The notes under the pieces were generated by a model. It did not search any database. It saw only the letters and a program-made list of their open reading frames with translations, and had not been told where the DNA came from. A stretch of 46,593 nucleotides of DNA. Origin: Abditibacteriaceae bacterium. GTDB lineage: Bacteria > Armatimonadota > Abditibacteriia > Abditibacteriales > Abditibacteriaceae. This document shows, piece by piece, positions 9,001 through 16,147 of the stretch. The first letter of the stretch is position 1, and each line of letters opens with the position of its first letter. The position numbers and the translations under genes were made by a program. The stretch covers positions 1-46,593 of the forward strand of contig JANPJS010000064.1 of assembly GCA_031425655.1 (NCBI GenBank), read 5' to 3'.

Positions 9001-9348
9001 GAAGTTTTCGAGTCCGAAGGCTTCGATGTCTTCCTTGCCTTTGAAACCGAGCGCCTTTTCGACTTCAACTTCGACCCACAAGCCCTGACAGTCGAAGCCG
9101 TTTTGCCAGCGCAAATTCTTGCCGCGCATGGCATGAAAACGGTCGAAAATATCTTTGTAAGTGCGGCCCCAGGCGTGATGCACGCCCATCGGGTTGTTGG
9201 CGGTAATCGGCCCGTCTTGAAAATCCCACCGCTCGCCGTTTTGCGTTTGCTCGCGCAAACGCTGGAAGATTTGAAACTCGTCCCAGAAACTCAGGATTTG
9301 TTGTTCCAGCTTTGGATAATCGGGCACGCCCTCGAATGGTTCAAACAT
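6049..9348 (-). CDS. ileS: Isoleucine--tRNA ligase, type 2, with non-canonical GVHH/KISKT motifs and an in-frame repeat insertion
   Basis: DGP..AN, GFDCQGL, WTTTPWT, GTGIVHIAP, DWCISRKRFWG, LSNWYVRRSRRRFW, IleRS2-type C-terminus (R..Q..RK..GF.VSD.I); ATG at 9348 or TTG at 9372. Confidence 0.96.
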   Translation of the reverse strand: MFEPFEGVPDYPKLEQQILSFWDEFQIFQRLREQTQNGERWDFQDGPITANNPMGVHHAWGRTYKDIFDRFHAMRGKNLRWQNGFDCQGLWVEVEVEKALGFKGKEDIEAFGLENFSRACRERVEKFAGVIEEQSKRLGMWMDWPRSYFTFDDSNIEHIWLFLKKCHDEGWLAQDYRVMPWCPRCETSLSQHESADSYKDITHRSVYIALPVTAPTQPPPEGEEFPLPPGGVRGGRLQPGDRFLVWTTTPWTLTANVALALHPELTYVRAKTGDNVVILSKGTVASALRPGYEILDEFPGSELVGLSYSGPLDDIPFQQELTNSVGRRVVAWEDVGETEGTGIVHIAPGCGAEDYELGKREKLGHIVPTSPSAHFLPGAGPLAGLHALDDVETIFEELRARDRLYRIQRYEHSYPHCWRCGTELIFYSVKEWFIRADAGPRPARERLRRAAQTVEWIPDYAGKRMDDWLMNMGDWCISRKRFWGLPLPIYMDDDGNWDVIASRAALRERAVEPEKFDALPELHRPWIDGVAIWNRERTKVMNRVPEVGDAWLDAGIVPFATVGYNGADGIRMPELKIAGREDWQPADFISEMREQVRLWFFSMLFMSVALEDRAPYKRAMVYETMLNERGEKISKTLKNGVPFDETVALIGADPVRWEFCRNPLTKDIRFGRMPLEEWTAEAKRRLVTPLLTLWNVYTFFVTYANLDVPELSSGTAPQAASPMDKWILARLQKLIAEVTAALDNVEPPNINRAVESFSDDLSNWYVRRSRRRFWKSESDSDKQAAYQTLHHVLLTLCRLIAPVIPFTAEAMYLNLKRPLRNAPDSVHLLAWPVVDENLRDDALLSEVESVLNAVSLGHKARKESKVKVRQPLPRVLIQAPPEAQGSLENWRETILDELNVKSLELLDDAGDLVSYKLRANLPKLGPRFGKQIGAIRAALENAAPDEAKRIGSAVRRGESVKLQLGEQEIELAPDDILVQTQQQSGYSFAGEGDWAVAIDTTLNEDLRDEGYARDFVRAVQEARKKAGFEVSDHIAILVVEPAEPSRFARVLENFGDYLQDETLAEELRLVGDDYPELSEAEAGDETIRLRVEKLEKELP
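8643..8709. repeat. CCCTC/GAGGG-type palindromic element inserted in frame within ileS
   Basis: GCCCTCCCCTAACCCCTCCCGGAGGGAGGGG..CCTCCCCCTCCGGGGGAGGCTGGGTGGGGGC; encodes APTQPPPEGEEFPLPPGGVRGGR. Confidence 0.85.
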
Positions 9349-9396
9349 GATAAGTCGTTCAGTTTCAGTCAAAAATCGTCGTGTTTTGCCTAAAAG

Positions 9397-9405
9397 ATTC
9401 TATCA
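9397..9405 (-). promoter_or_regulatory. Possible extended -10 promoter for ileS
   Basis: TGaTAGAAT on the minus strand about 50 nt upstream of the ileS ATG. Confidence 0.35.
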
Positions 9406-9437
9406 AAATGGGAAAAGTGAGCCGGAAGGAGGGTATT

Positions 9438-9860
9438 TCAGAGAATCAAGCGTTCAAAACCGGCTTGCTCGAAATGGTGGTCGGTCGTGAGAGCTTGGGA
9501 AAGTTGCTTTTGCTGCATCACGATGAAAGAAGCCGCGTCCACCCAGCTCCAATCTTTATCGGGCCGCGTTTGCAGCAGTTGAAAGGCGCGTTGGTGCAGT
9601 TCGGGCGTGATGTGAACAATTTCCAATTCGCGCATGGTGCTAATGCTTCCAATCAACGAGAGAATCTGCGGACGGGAAAGGCGAGTGCGCGTCGTCAACA
9701 ACGGCACCAGTTCGGTTGGAACGTAATTGGTCGTGTCCAACGGGATTCTTTCCTCGATAGCCTCTGCAATAATGCGGCGGCGGCGTGCATAAATCGGCTC
9801 ATTGACAACGAAGAAGCCCATCCAGCCGCTTGTGTCCACAAAGATTTCATTTTTCATCAT
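9438..9860 (-). CDS. vapC: VapC-family PIN-domain toxin
   Basis: FVDTSG, TTNYV..E, WSWVDAASF, LTTDHHF acidic PIN residues. Confidence 0.88.
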   Translation of the reverse strand: MMKNEIFVDTSGWMGFFVVNEPIYARRRRIIAEAIEERIPLDTTNYVPTELVPLLTTRTRLSRPQILSLIGSISTMRELEIVHITPELHQRAFQLLQTRPDKDWSWVDAASFIVMQQKQLSQALTTDHHFEQAGFERLIL

Positions 9861-10116
9861 CGTGGGTGTTCATCATTTCTTCTGCGAGATAGTAATCGTG
9901 CCTTTCAGCCAAATCAGGCACCGTTGATTCCGTGATGCCCGCCAATTGCATCAGCGGATGGCGCTCAACCTCTTCGGGTGTCAATCGGTCTTCGGAATGT
10001 CCGTTTTTCAAGCGGCTCAGGCAGTATTGCGAAACATCCACGCCGAGCGAAGCCGCATTGTGTTCCAGCTCGGCGAAGACTTCGTCCGGCACTTCCAAAG
10101 TCAAGATTTGGCTCAC
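9847..10116 (-). CDS. Putative cognate antitoxin (VapB-like)
   Basis: 89 aa, acidic; N-terminal LTLEVPDE RHH-like start and C-terminal DLAERHDYYL; overlaps vapC. Confidence 0.7.
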   Translation of the reverse strand: MSQILTLEVPDEVFAELEHNAASLGVDVSQYCLSRLKNGHSEDRLTPEEVERHPLMQLAGITESTVPDLAERHDYYLAEEMMNTHDDEK

Positions 10117-10970
10117 TGGTTTTCTCCTGATTTCTCTTCGTAATAGCCGCGCACGTCGTTGAGGCGCACGGTGAAAAGCTCGCGCATCATCTGAATCGGG
10201 GCGGTTAAAGGGTTAACGCGGCTTTCGTCGCGGTGTTCCCAGCGCACGGGGATTTCGTTGATGCGATAGCCGAATTTTTGCGCGAGAAACAGCACTTCCG
10301 GGTCGAAGCCGAAGCCGTCAATGCGCGCCAATCCGAACACGCGCTGCGCCACTTCGCCGCGAAAGGCTTTGAAGCCGCATTGCGTGTCCATGATGCCCGG
10401 CACAGCGATTTTCTGCACGAAACGGTTGAAAGTGCGGCCCATCATTTCTCGATACCACGGCTGATGCACCGACAAAACCGATTCGGGCAAGGCGCGACTG
10501 GCAATCGCCACGTCGCATTCGCCGCGCGCAATCGGGCCGAGTAGCTTGTCCATTTCTTCGATGGGTGTTGATAAATCGGCGTCGGAAAAAAGCACATCAC
10601 GTCCGACCGCATTCAGCACGCCCTGCCGCACCGCGAAACCTTTGCCGCGATTGGCCGGCGCTCCGGCGGCGTCGTAATGCACAAGGCGCACCCAATCGCG
10701 CTCGGCGGCGAATTGGCGCACGAGTTCGCGTGTGCCGTCGCGCGAGCCGTCGTCCACCACGATAAGTTCGTAGGAAAAATCGCGCAGCGCCAGATATTCG
10801 GCGATATGAGTCAGCGTCGGAGGCAGGCGAAGCTCTTCGTTATACGCCGGAACGACAATCGAGAGATAACAGCGAGAGCGTATCGGCGCCGTGGCGCTGA
10901 CAATTACGCCGCCGGAGGATGGTTCAGCGGGCGGTGCATCGGAGGAAGTTTCAAGCGTGGGGCCGGGCAT
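10113..10970 (-). CDS. GT2 dolichyl/polyprenyl-phosphate beta-glucosyltransferase-like protein
   Basis: VVPAYNEE, VDDGSRD, NRGKG, DAD, DTQCGFK, GFGFDPE; start ATG 10970 or TTG 10979. Confidence 0.9.
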   Translation of the reverse strand: MPGPTLETSSDAPPAEPSSGGVIVSATAPIRSRCYLSIVVPAYNEELRLPPTLTHIAEYLALRDFSYELIVVDDGSRDGTRELVRQFAAERDWVRLVHYDAAGAPANRGKGFAVRQGVLNAVGRDVLFSDADLSTPIEEMDKLLGPIARGECDVAIASRALPESVLSVHQPWYREMMGRTFNRFVQKIAVPGIMDTQCGFKAFRGEVAQRVFGLARIDGFGFDPEVLFLAQKFGYRINEIPVRWEHRDESRVNPLTAPIQMMRELFTVRLNDVRGYYEEKSGENQ

Positions 10971-11003
10971 GATAGCCAAAGTCTACCCGCAAAAACGTGA
11001 TTT

Positions 11004-11169
11004 AACCCCGTCCCCAGCCCTTCCCCTTGAAACGGCAAAGGGGAAGGGAGGCCCGCCGCCTTTTTCCTGAGAAAGCGGTAATTCTCCCGAATCAGAAGGG
11101 TAGCCATCTCCCTTCCCCTTTGCCGTTTCAAGGGGAAGGGCCGGCGGGCGCCCTCTGGGCAGGGGGGTT
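11004..11169. repeat. CCCTC/GAGGG-type double-hairpin palindromic element
   Basis: Perfect 34-bp inverted repeat 11017-11050 / 11108-11141; each arm is itself a hairpin; carries a 15-nt insertion at 11146-11160. Confidence 0.85.
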
Positions 11170-11173
11170 CTGC

Positions 11174-12604
11174 TTACAAAATGCCGAGATACCGATCCAG
11201 TTCGTATTGATGAACCTGCGTGCGGTATTTTTCCCATTCGATGCGTTTGTTGGCCAAGAATTTATCGAAGAGCGTGTCGCCCAAAACGCGCCGCGCCAGT
11301 TCGCTGCTTTCGGCAGCGATAATGGCTTCGTTCAAGCTGGCTGGCAGGACTTCGGTTTCACTTTCGGCGAGTTCGCTGGCCGGCGCGGGCAGCGAATACT
11401 TGTTCTTGACGCCTTCCAAACCCGCCGCTAAAAGCAATGCGAAAACCAGATATGGATTGCAGCAAGCGTCCGGCGAGCGATATTCGATGCGGCGACTCGC
11501 TTCCCGACCCGGTTTGTGGCTGGGCACGCGAATCAAATCGGCGCGATTGCGCAAGGCCCACGTTACGCGCGTCGGCGCCTCGAAGCCCGGCACCAGGCGC
11601 TTATACGAGTTCACCCATTGGTTCGTGAACAGGGTCAATTCGCGCGCGTGGCGCAGTAATCCGGCGATGAATTGATAGGCGATTTTGCTCAAATGGTCTG
11701 GGTCTTTGGCATCGTAAAACGCGTTGCGACCGCCGCGAAATAAGCTCATGTTGACGTGCATTCCGCTGCCGTTGCAATCGGTCAGCGGCTTGGGCATGAA
11801 CGTCGCGTAATAGCCGCTTTCGTGCGCCACTTCTTTCACCACGAGGCGAAACGTCATCAGGCTGTCGGCCATTGTCAGCGCGTCGGTGTAGCGCAAATCA
11901 ATTTCGTGCTGGCTCGGCGCAGCTTCGTGATGCGACGATTCGACGCCGATGTCCATTTTTTCCAGCGTCAGCGCGGTTTGGCGGCGCAGTGGGCTGGCGA
12001 TGTCGTCCGGCGTCAAGTCGAAATAGCCGCCTTGATCTAAGCCTTCGGGACGCAACTTTTTGCCGCTTTCGGGCTGGCGAAAATAGAAAAACTCCACTTC
12101 GGGGCCGACGTAGAAGTTGTAGCCCATGTCGCCGGCCAAACGCAGTTGGCGCTTGAGAATAAAGCGCGGATCAGTTTCGGCGGGCGTGCCGTCCGGGTTA
12201 AAAATGTCGCAAAACATCCGCGCGACGGTGCCGCCGCTGGCATCCATTTCCTTGAGATGCGTGGGCGAAACCGCGAAGGTATTCGGGTCGGGCACGGCGA
12301 TCATGTCGCTTTCATCCTGACGCGCGTAGCCTTCGATGGCGCTGCCGTCGAAGGTCACGCCTTCGGCAAGCGCGGCGTCCAGTTCGTCGGCGACAATGGC
12401 GGTGCTTTTCAGCATTCCCAAAATGTCGGTGAACCACAGGCGCACGAATTTCACGCGCCTGTCCTGCGCAGCGTGAATCACGAAATCGCGGCTGCTTTGC
12501 GCTTCGTTATCGGCGCTTTCGGGAGTTGGGGATTCCTCTTCGACAACGGCGGGGGTTTCGCTTTCAACAGCGGTTTTACTATTTTTAGCGCGGCGGGCGG
12601 GCAT
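11174..12604 (-). CDS. glnA: Glutamine synthetase type I (alpha-like)
   Basis: FDGSAI, GPEVEFF, HHEAAPSQHEI, TFMPKP, GSGMH, NSYKRLVPGFEAP, RIEYRSPD; start ATG 12604. Confidence 0.93.
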   Translation of the reverse strand: MPARRAKNSKTAVESETPAVVEEESPTPESADNEAQSSRDFVIHAAQDRRVKFVRLWFTDILGMLKSTAIVADELDAALAEGVTFDGSAIEGYARQDESDMIAVPDPNTFAVSPTHLKEMDASGGTVARMFCDIFNPDGTPAETDPRFILKRQLRLAGDMGYNFYVGPEVEFFYFRQPESGKKLRPEGLDQGGYFDLTPDDIASPLRRQTALTLEKMDIGVESSHHEAAPSQHEIDLRYTDALTMADSLMTFRLVVKEVAHESGYYATFMPKPLTDCNGSGMHVNMSLFRGGRNAFYDAKDPDHLSKIAYQFIAGLLRHARELTLFTNQWVNSYKRLVPGFEAPTRVTWALRNRADLIRVPSHKPGREASRRIEYRSPDACCNPYLVFALLLAAGLEGVKNKYSLPAPASELAESETEVLPASLNEAIIAAESSELARRVLGDTLFDKFLANKRIEWEKYRTQVHQYELDRYLGIL

Positions 12605-12637
12605 AATGGGAAATTCCTTACGGATGAGCGGTATTGC

Positions 12638-12679
12638 AAACAAAACAGGGACGGGTCACGCCGTGCGTGTCCCGTCCCT
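12638..12679 (-). terminator. Rho-independent terminator between the beta-barrel gene and glnA
   Basis: AGGGACGGG..CACGC/GCGTG..CCCGTCCCT stem followed by GTTTTGTTT on the minus strand. Confidence 0.7.
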
Positions 12680-12713
12680 ATTTTAGCGAATAAAGCCTGA
12701 TTGCACCGAGATT

Positions 12714-13514
12714 TTACGGAGTGGCCGGCGGAGTGCCCGTCGCGGGCGAAACCGGCTGCGCTTCCTGTTGTGCGGGCGCGCCGCCGAAGTTGTAATCGAA
12801 GCAAAGATACAATTGATCGTTCTTTGGGGCGCCGCTCGGTTCGCGGTTGATGAAGTAACCGATGCCGAAACTGGCCTTGTCGTTGACGGCGTAATACAAG
12901 GTCGGCTGAATGCCGCTGAGAGGCCCGCGTCCGCTATAAAAGTCGGCGGCGAAGGACAATTTCGATGTGATGGCCTTGTCGTAGCCCAGTTGCAGGAAGG
13001 TTTCCGTATTGCCGCCCTGATCGCGGAAAGCGTGCGCTACTCCGGCGTGGATGCGGCCAAACTTGAACGCCTTCGAGCCGAGCAAATAGCCGACGTTGGC
13101 GGCGCCGCTCCCCTTTGAACCCAGCAGCCAAACTCCGGCAACGGCTTTCAACGTAGATTCCGGATTGTTATAAATTTGCGTTTTGCCGTTAAACAGCAAG
13201 CGGTTGCTGAACTTGTTGGTGCCCGACGAAACGTAGTCGAATCCGATTTCCGAGCGGCCAAACGCCTTGTCGGTCTCGCCGATGCCGTAGGTCAGGCCGG
13301 CGGTGTCGAAGCTGGGGCCGCTGAAATTCTTCAGACGGTAGCTGTCCACGTCAAGGTGAAACGACTTGTCGGCATAAGTATCGGTCGAGGGGAAAAATCC
13401 CAACGTCGCCGGAGTCGCCAGCGCCGGACGCATTCCCATTCCCAACGCGGCCACGGCCACGCCCGCGCCCAAAATGCGGCGCATACGGCTTTTTACGTTA
13501 ATCATGTTGCTCAT
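12714..13514 (-). CDS. Exported protein, probable outer-membrane beta-barrel
   Basis: GGAGGTG Shine-Dalgarno before ATG 13514; signal peptide ending ALA; many amphipathic strands; YLCFDYNF followed by a Pro/Ala/Thr tail. Confidence 0.65.
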   Translation of the reverse strand: MSNMINVKSRMRRILGAGVAVAALGMGMRPALATPATLGFFPSTDTYADKSFHLDVDSYRLKNFSGPSFDTAGLTYGIGETDKAFGRSEIGFDYVSSGTNKFSNRLLFNGKTQIYNNPESTLKAVAGVWLLGSKGSGAANVGYLLGSKAFKFGRIHAGVAHAFRDQGGNTETFLQLGYDKAITSKLSFAADFYSGRGPLSGIQPTLYYAVNDKASFGIGYFINREPSGAPKNDQLYLCFDYNFGGAPAQQEAQPVSPATGTPPATP

Positions 13515-13691
13515 TTGCAACACCTCCAAAGTTCGCGCCCAAATCGCAAGCTGCTGCTGGTCTGTGTCCATGTTTCCAGCCGGCTGCACCGCTCGCGTCA
13601 TTTGGGGCACGTTGCAAATAAAGGTATCTGCCGCGTGTTTCAACAAGATTTCACCGAAGTAAATAATTGGAATTAGAAAATAGCGTCTCAA

Positions 13692-13871
13692 AGTCTGTGT
13701 TCAAAAAGAGTTATTCAGTCCGTTGCCATTGAGTGGCAAAAAATTGAGTGGCAAAAATGGTAAAAAAGTGGGATTTCTCATCCGAAATGCCATGGATGCC
13801 CTTATTTTTTGCCACTCAATTTTTTGCCGTTGGGCCGTTTTTACCCAAATAACTTTATTCGAGCACAGACT
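13692..13871. repeat. Nested element: outer 24-bp IR shell enclosing GGCAAAAA/TTTTTGCC repeats
   Basis: Shell 13692-13715 / 13848-13871 (20/24); inner TTGAGTGGCAAAAA x2 and TTTTTGCCACTCAATTTTTTGCC. Confidence 0.75.
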
Positions 13872-13942
13872 CTCAGCCTCTCGCCGAAACAGACCGATTG
13901 CCGGAAGTTATACTTGCGCCCGTTTGCGTTGCTATCTAAATC

Positions 13943-14365
13943 ATGTCACTCGATACTTTTTTCTCGCCCGCACAAATCGCCGTTTTGCGTGCCGCACTGA
14001 ACCGCGTTATTCCGCCCGACGAGTTTCCCGGCGCTTGGGAAGCCGGTGTCGGCGATTATTTGGCGCAACAATTCGCGCGCGATCTCGTGGTCGCAGTTCC
14101 GATTTATCAAGCCGGGTTAACCGCTCTCGACGCAGAAGCGACAGCCCGTTTCGGCACCGACTTCGCGCAGCTCGGCCCGGCGCAGCAGGACGAAATTCTA
14201 AACAACATCGAGCGCGGCGACGTGCATAGCGATTGGGCAACCGAGCCGCGTCGTTTTTTGGAAATGCTGGTCAACCACGCCGCCGAAGGCTTTTACGGCG
14301 ATCCCGAAAATGGCGCCAACCGCGACAAAACTTCGTGGCAAATGATCGGCTTTCTCGACCGCTGA
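13943..14365 (+). CDS. Gluconate 2-dehydrogenase subunit 3 family protein
   Basis: RVIPPDEFPGA.EAGV..Y, F..L...QQD.IL, EGFYGDP..GAN....W.MIGF; adjacent to a GMC gene. Confidence 0.85.
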   Translation: MSLDTFFSPAQIAVLRAALNRVIPPDEFPGAWEAGVGDYLAQQFARDLVVAVPIYQAGLTALDAEATARFGTDFAQLGPAQQDEILNNIERGDVHSDWATEPRRFLEMLVNHAAEGFYGDPENGANRDKTSWQMIGFLDR

Positions 14366-14372
14366 TACTCCG

Positions 14373-14488
14373 AAAATGGAACGCGAATTTCGCAGAAAAA
14401 ACCACGGATAAACACGGATTCACACGGATTTTTTTGGATTAATCAGCGAAAATCCGTGGCCGTTTCTGCGAAATCCGTGTTCCATTTT
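14373..14488. repeat. ACACGG/CCGTGT-type palindromic element, copy 3
   Basis: AAAATGGAACGCG... / ...CCGTGTTCCATTTT; three tandem CACGGAT units. Confidence 0.85.
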
Positions 14489-14499
14489 AAGTAAAAAAC

Positions 14500-16140
14500 A
14501 TGAAAACATACGACGCGATTATCGTGGGCGCCGGTGCCGGAGGCGGCACCGCAGCCGGAATTTTATGCGAAGCGGGCCAGCGCGTGCTGCTGTTGGAACG
14601 CGGCGCCAATTTGCGCTTTGTTGACGTGCCGCGCGATCATCTGCGCAATCAGCGCATTTCGCTTTACGGGCACAACGCCGGGCCGCATATTGATGGCCAT
14701 CCGCGCGTGATCGAGTTTCAAAACGGCGAATCGCGCACGATTCGCCCGCACGAAGGCGGTTACAACAATAATGCGGCTTGCGTGGGCGGCGGCACGCGCG
14801 TTTACGGCGCGCAGGCGTGGCGCTTCATGCCGCAGGACTTCGGCATGGCGAGTCTTTACGGCACGCCGGAAGGCAGTTCCTTAGCCGATTGGCCGATTTC
14901 CTACGACGATTTGGCGCCCAGTTATGAAAAGGCCGAATGGCAAATCGGTGTGGCCGGGCATGGTGATTTAGCGCACCATTTCACGCCGCGCCGACACGGA
15001 TATCCGTTGCCGCCGGTTCCGGATGCGCCTTCGCGCCGGGTTTTGCGGCGCGGCGCCGAAAAGCGCGGCTGGCACACACAGCCGGTTCCGCTGCTCATCA
15101 ACACGGCGCCGTATAATGGCCGCGCGACGTGCATTAAATGTTCGTATTGCGTCGGCTTCGCGTGTCCCAGCGATGCCAAAAACGGCACGCACAACACCAT
15201 GATTCCCCGCGCTTTAGCGACGGGTTTGTGCGAACTTGTCAGCGATGCCGCAGGGGCGAAAATAGAAACGGACGCGCATGGCAACGTCATCGGACTGAGT
15301 TATTTCACGGAAGAAAACGGCATTAAAGAGCGCCGCGAAGCGCGAGCGAAAAAAGTCATCGTGTCGGGTGGAGCCATCGAATCGGCGCGGCTACTGCTCA
15401 ATTCGGCCAGCGACAAGCATCCGCGCGGCTTGGGCAACCACAGCGACCAAGTCGGACGGCATTTGCAGGGCCATTATTATCCAGCCGCGCTCGGTATATT
15501 CGACGAAATCGTGCATGACGGGCTTGGCCCCGGCGTCACAACCGCCACGGCGCAGTTTAATCACGGCAACGCCGGCATCATCGGCGGCGGAATGCTGGCC
15601 GACGAGTTCGTCAAATTGCCGCTCATTTTCTGGCGCGGCTGCTTTCCGCCGGGCCACAAAAAATGGGGTTTGGAAGCCAAGCATTATATGCGCGACAACT
15701 ACAATCGCTTGCTGCACGTTCAAGGGCCGGTGCAGGAAATTCCTTCGCCCGATGGCCGCGTCCGCGTTGATTCCAGCGTGCGCGATAAATGGGGCTTGCC
15801 GGTCGCGCACTTTTCCGGCACCACGCATCCCGCGACCGTAGACACCGCCAATTTCATGCGCGAACGCGCCGAAGAGTGGCTGCGCGCCAGTGGAGCCACC
15901 AAAGTGTGGAGCTATCCCGCGACTTTGGGACTCAGCGGCGGCCAACATCAAGCCGGCACCTGCCGCATGGGAAACGACCCGCAAACCTCGGTCTGCGATT
16001 CGTTCGGGCGCGTTCACGGCCACGACAATTTATTCGTGATAGACGGCAGCCTGCACGTCACCAACGGCGGTTTCAACCCGGTTTTGACGATTATGGCGCT
16101 GGCTTTTCGTTGCGCTGAAAATATTGTCAGAGGCTTATAA
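14500..16140 (+). CDS. GMC-family FAD oxidoreductase
   Basis: GAGAGG FAD motif, VGGGT, WPISY, C..C..C...C, ESARLLL, HQAGTCRMG, NPVLT. Confidence 0.92.
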   Translation: MKTYDAIIVGAGAGGGTAAGILCEAGQRVLLLERGANLRFVDVPRDHLRNQRISLYGHNAGPHIDGHPRVIEFQNGESRTIRPHEGGYNNNAACVGGGTRVYGAQAWRFMPQDFGMASLYGTPEGSSLADWPISYDDLAPSYEKAEWQIGVAGHGDLAHHFTPRRHGYPLPPVPDAPSRRVLRRGAEKRGWHTQPVPLLINTAPYNGRATCIKCSYCVGFACPSDAKNGTHNTMIPRALATGLCELVSDAAGAKIETDAHGNVIGLSYFTEENGIKERREARAKKVIVSGGAIESARLLLNSASDKHPRGLGNHSDQVGRHLQGHYYPAALGIFDEIVHDGLGPGVTTATAQFNHGNAGIIGGGMLADEFVKLPLIFWRGCFPPGHKKWGLEAKHYMRDNYNRLLHVQGPVQEIPSPDGRVRVDSSVRDKWGLPVAHFSGTTHPATVDTANFMRERAEEWLRASGATKVWSYPATLGLSGGQHQAGTCRMGNDPQTSVCDSFGRVHGHDNLFVIDGSLHVTNGGFNPVLTIMALAFRCAENIVRGL

Positions 16141-16147
16141 TTAAGCC

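Noticed and set aside
9349..9437. T-box leader for ileS
   Set aside because: The region is too short and has no AAGGTGGTACC-like T-box.
10904..11431. ORFs with PSPLPFQGEG peptides
   Set aside because: These are translations of the repeat, overlapping or antisense to real genes.
13602..13617. GGCAC..TTGC as a sigma54 promoter near glnA
   Set aside because: The -24/-12 spacing is wrong and the orientation points away from glnA.
13515..13691. N-terminal extension of the 325-aa ORF
   Set aside because: A strong SD and the signal peptide point to ATG 13514 as the start.
14401..14432. Tandem CACGGAT units as a possible CRISPR array
   Set aside because: Units are only about 10 nt, have no unique spacers, are part of a palindrome, and no cas genes are present.
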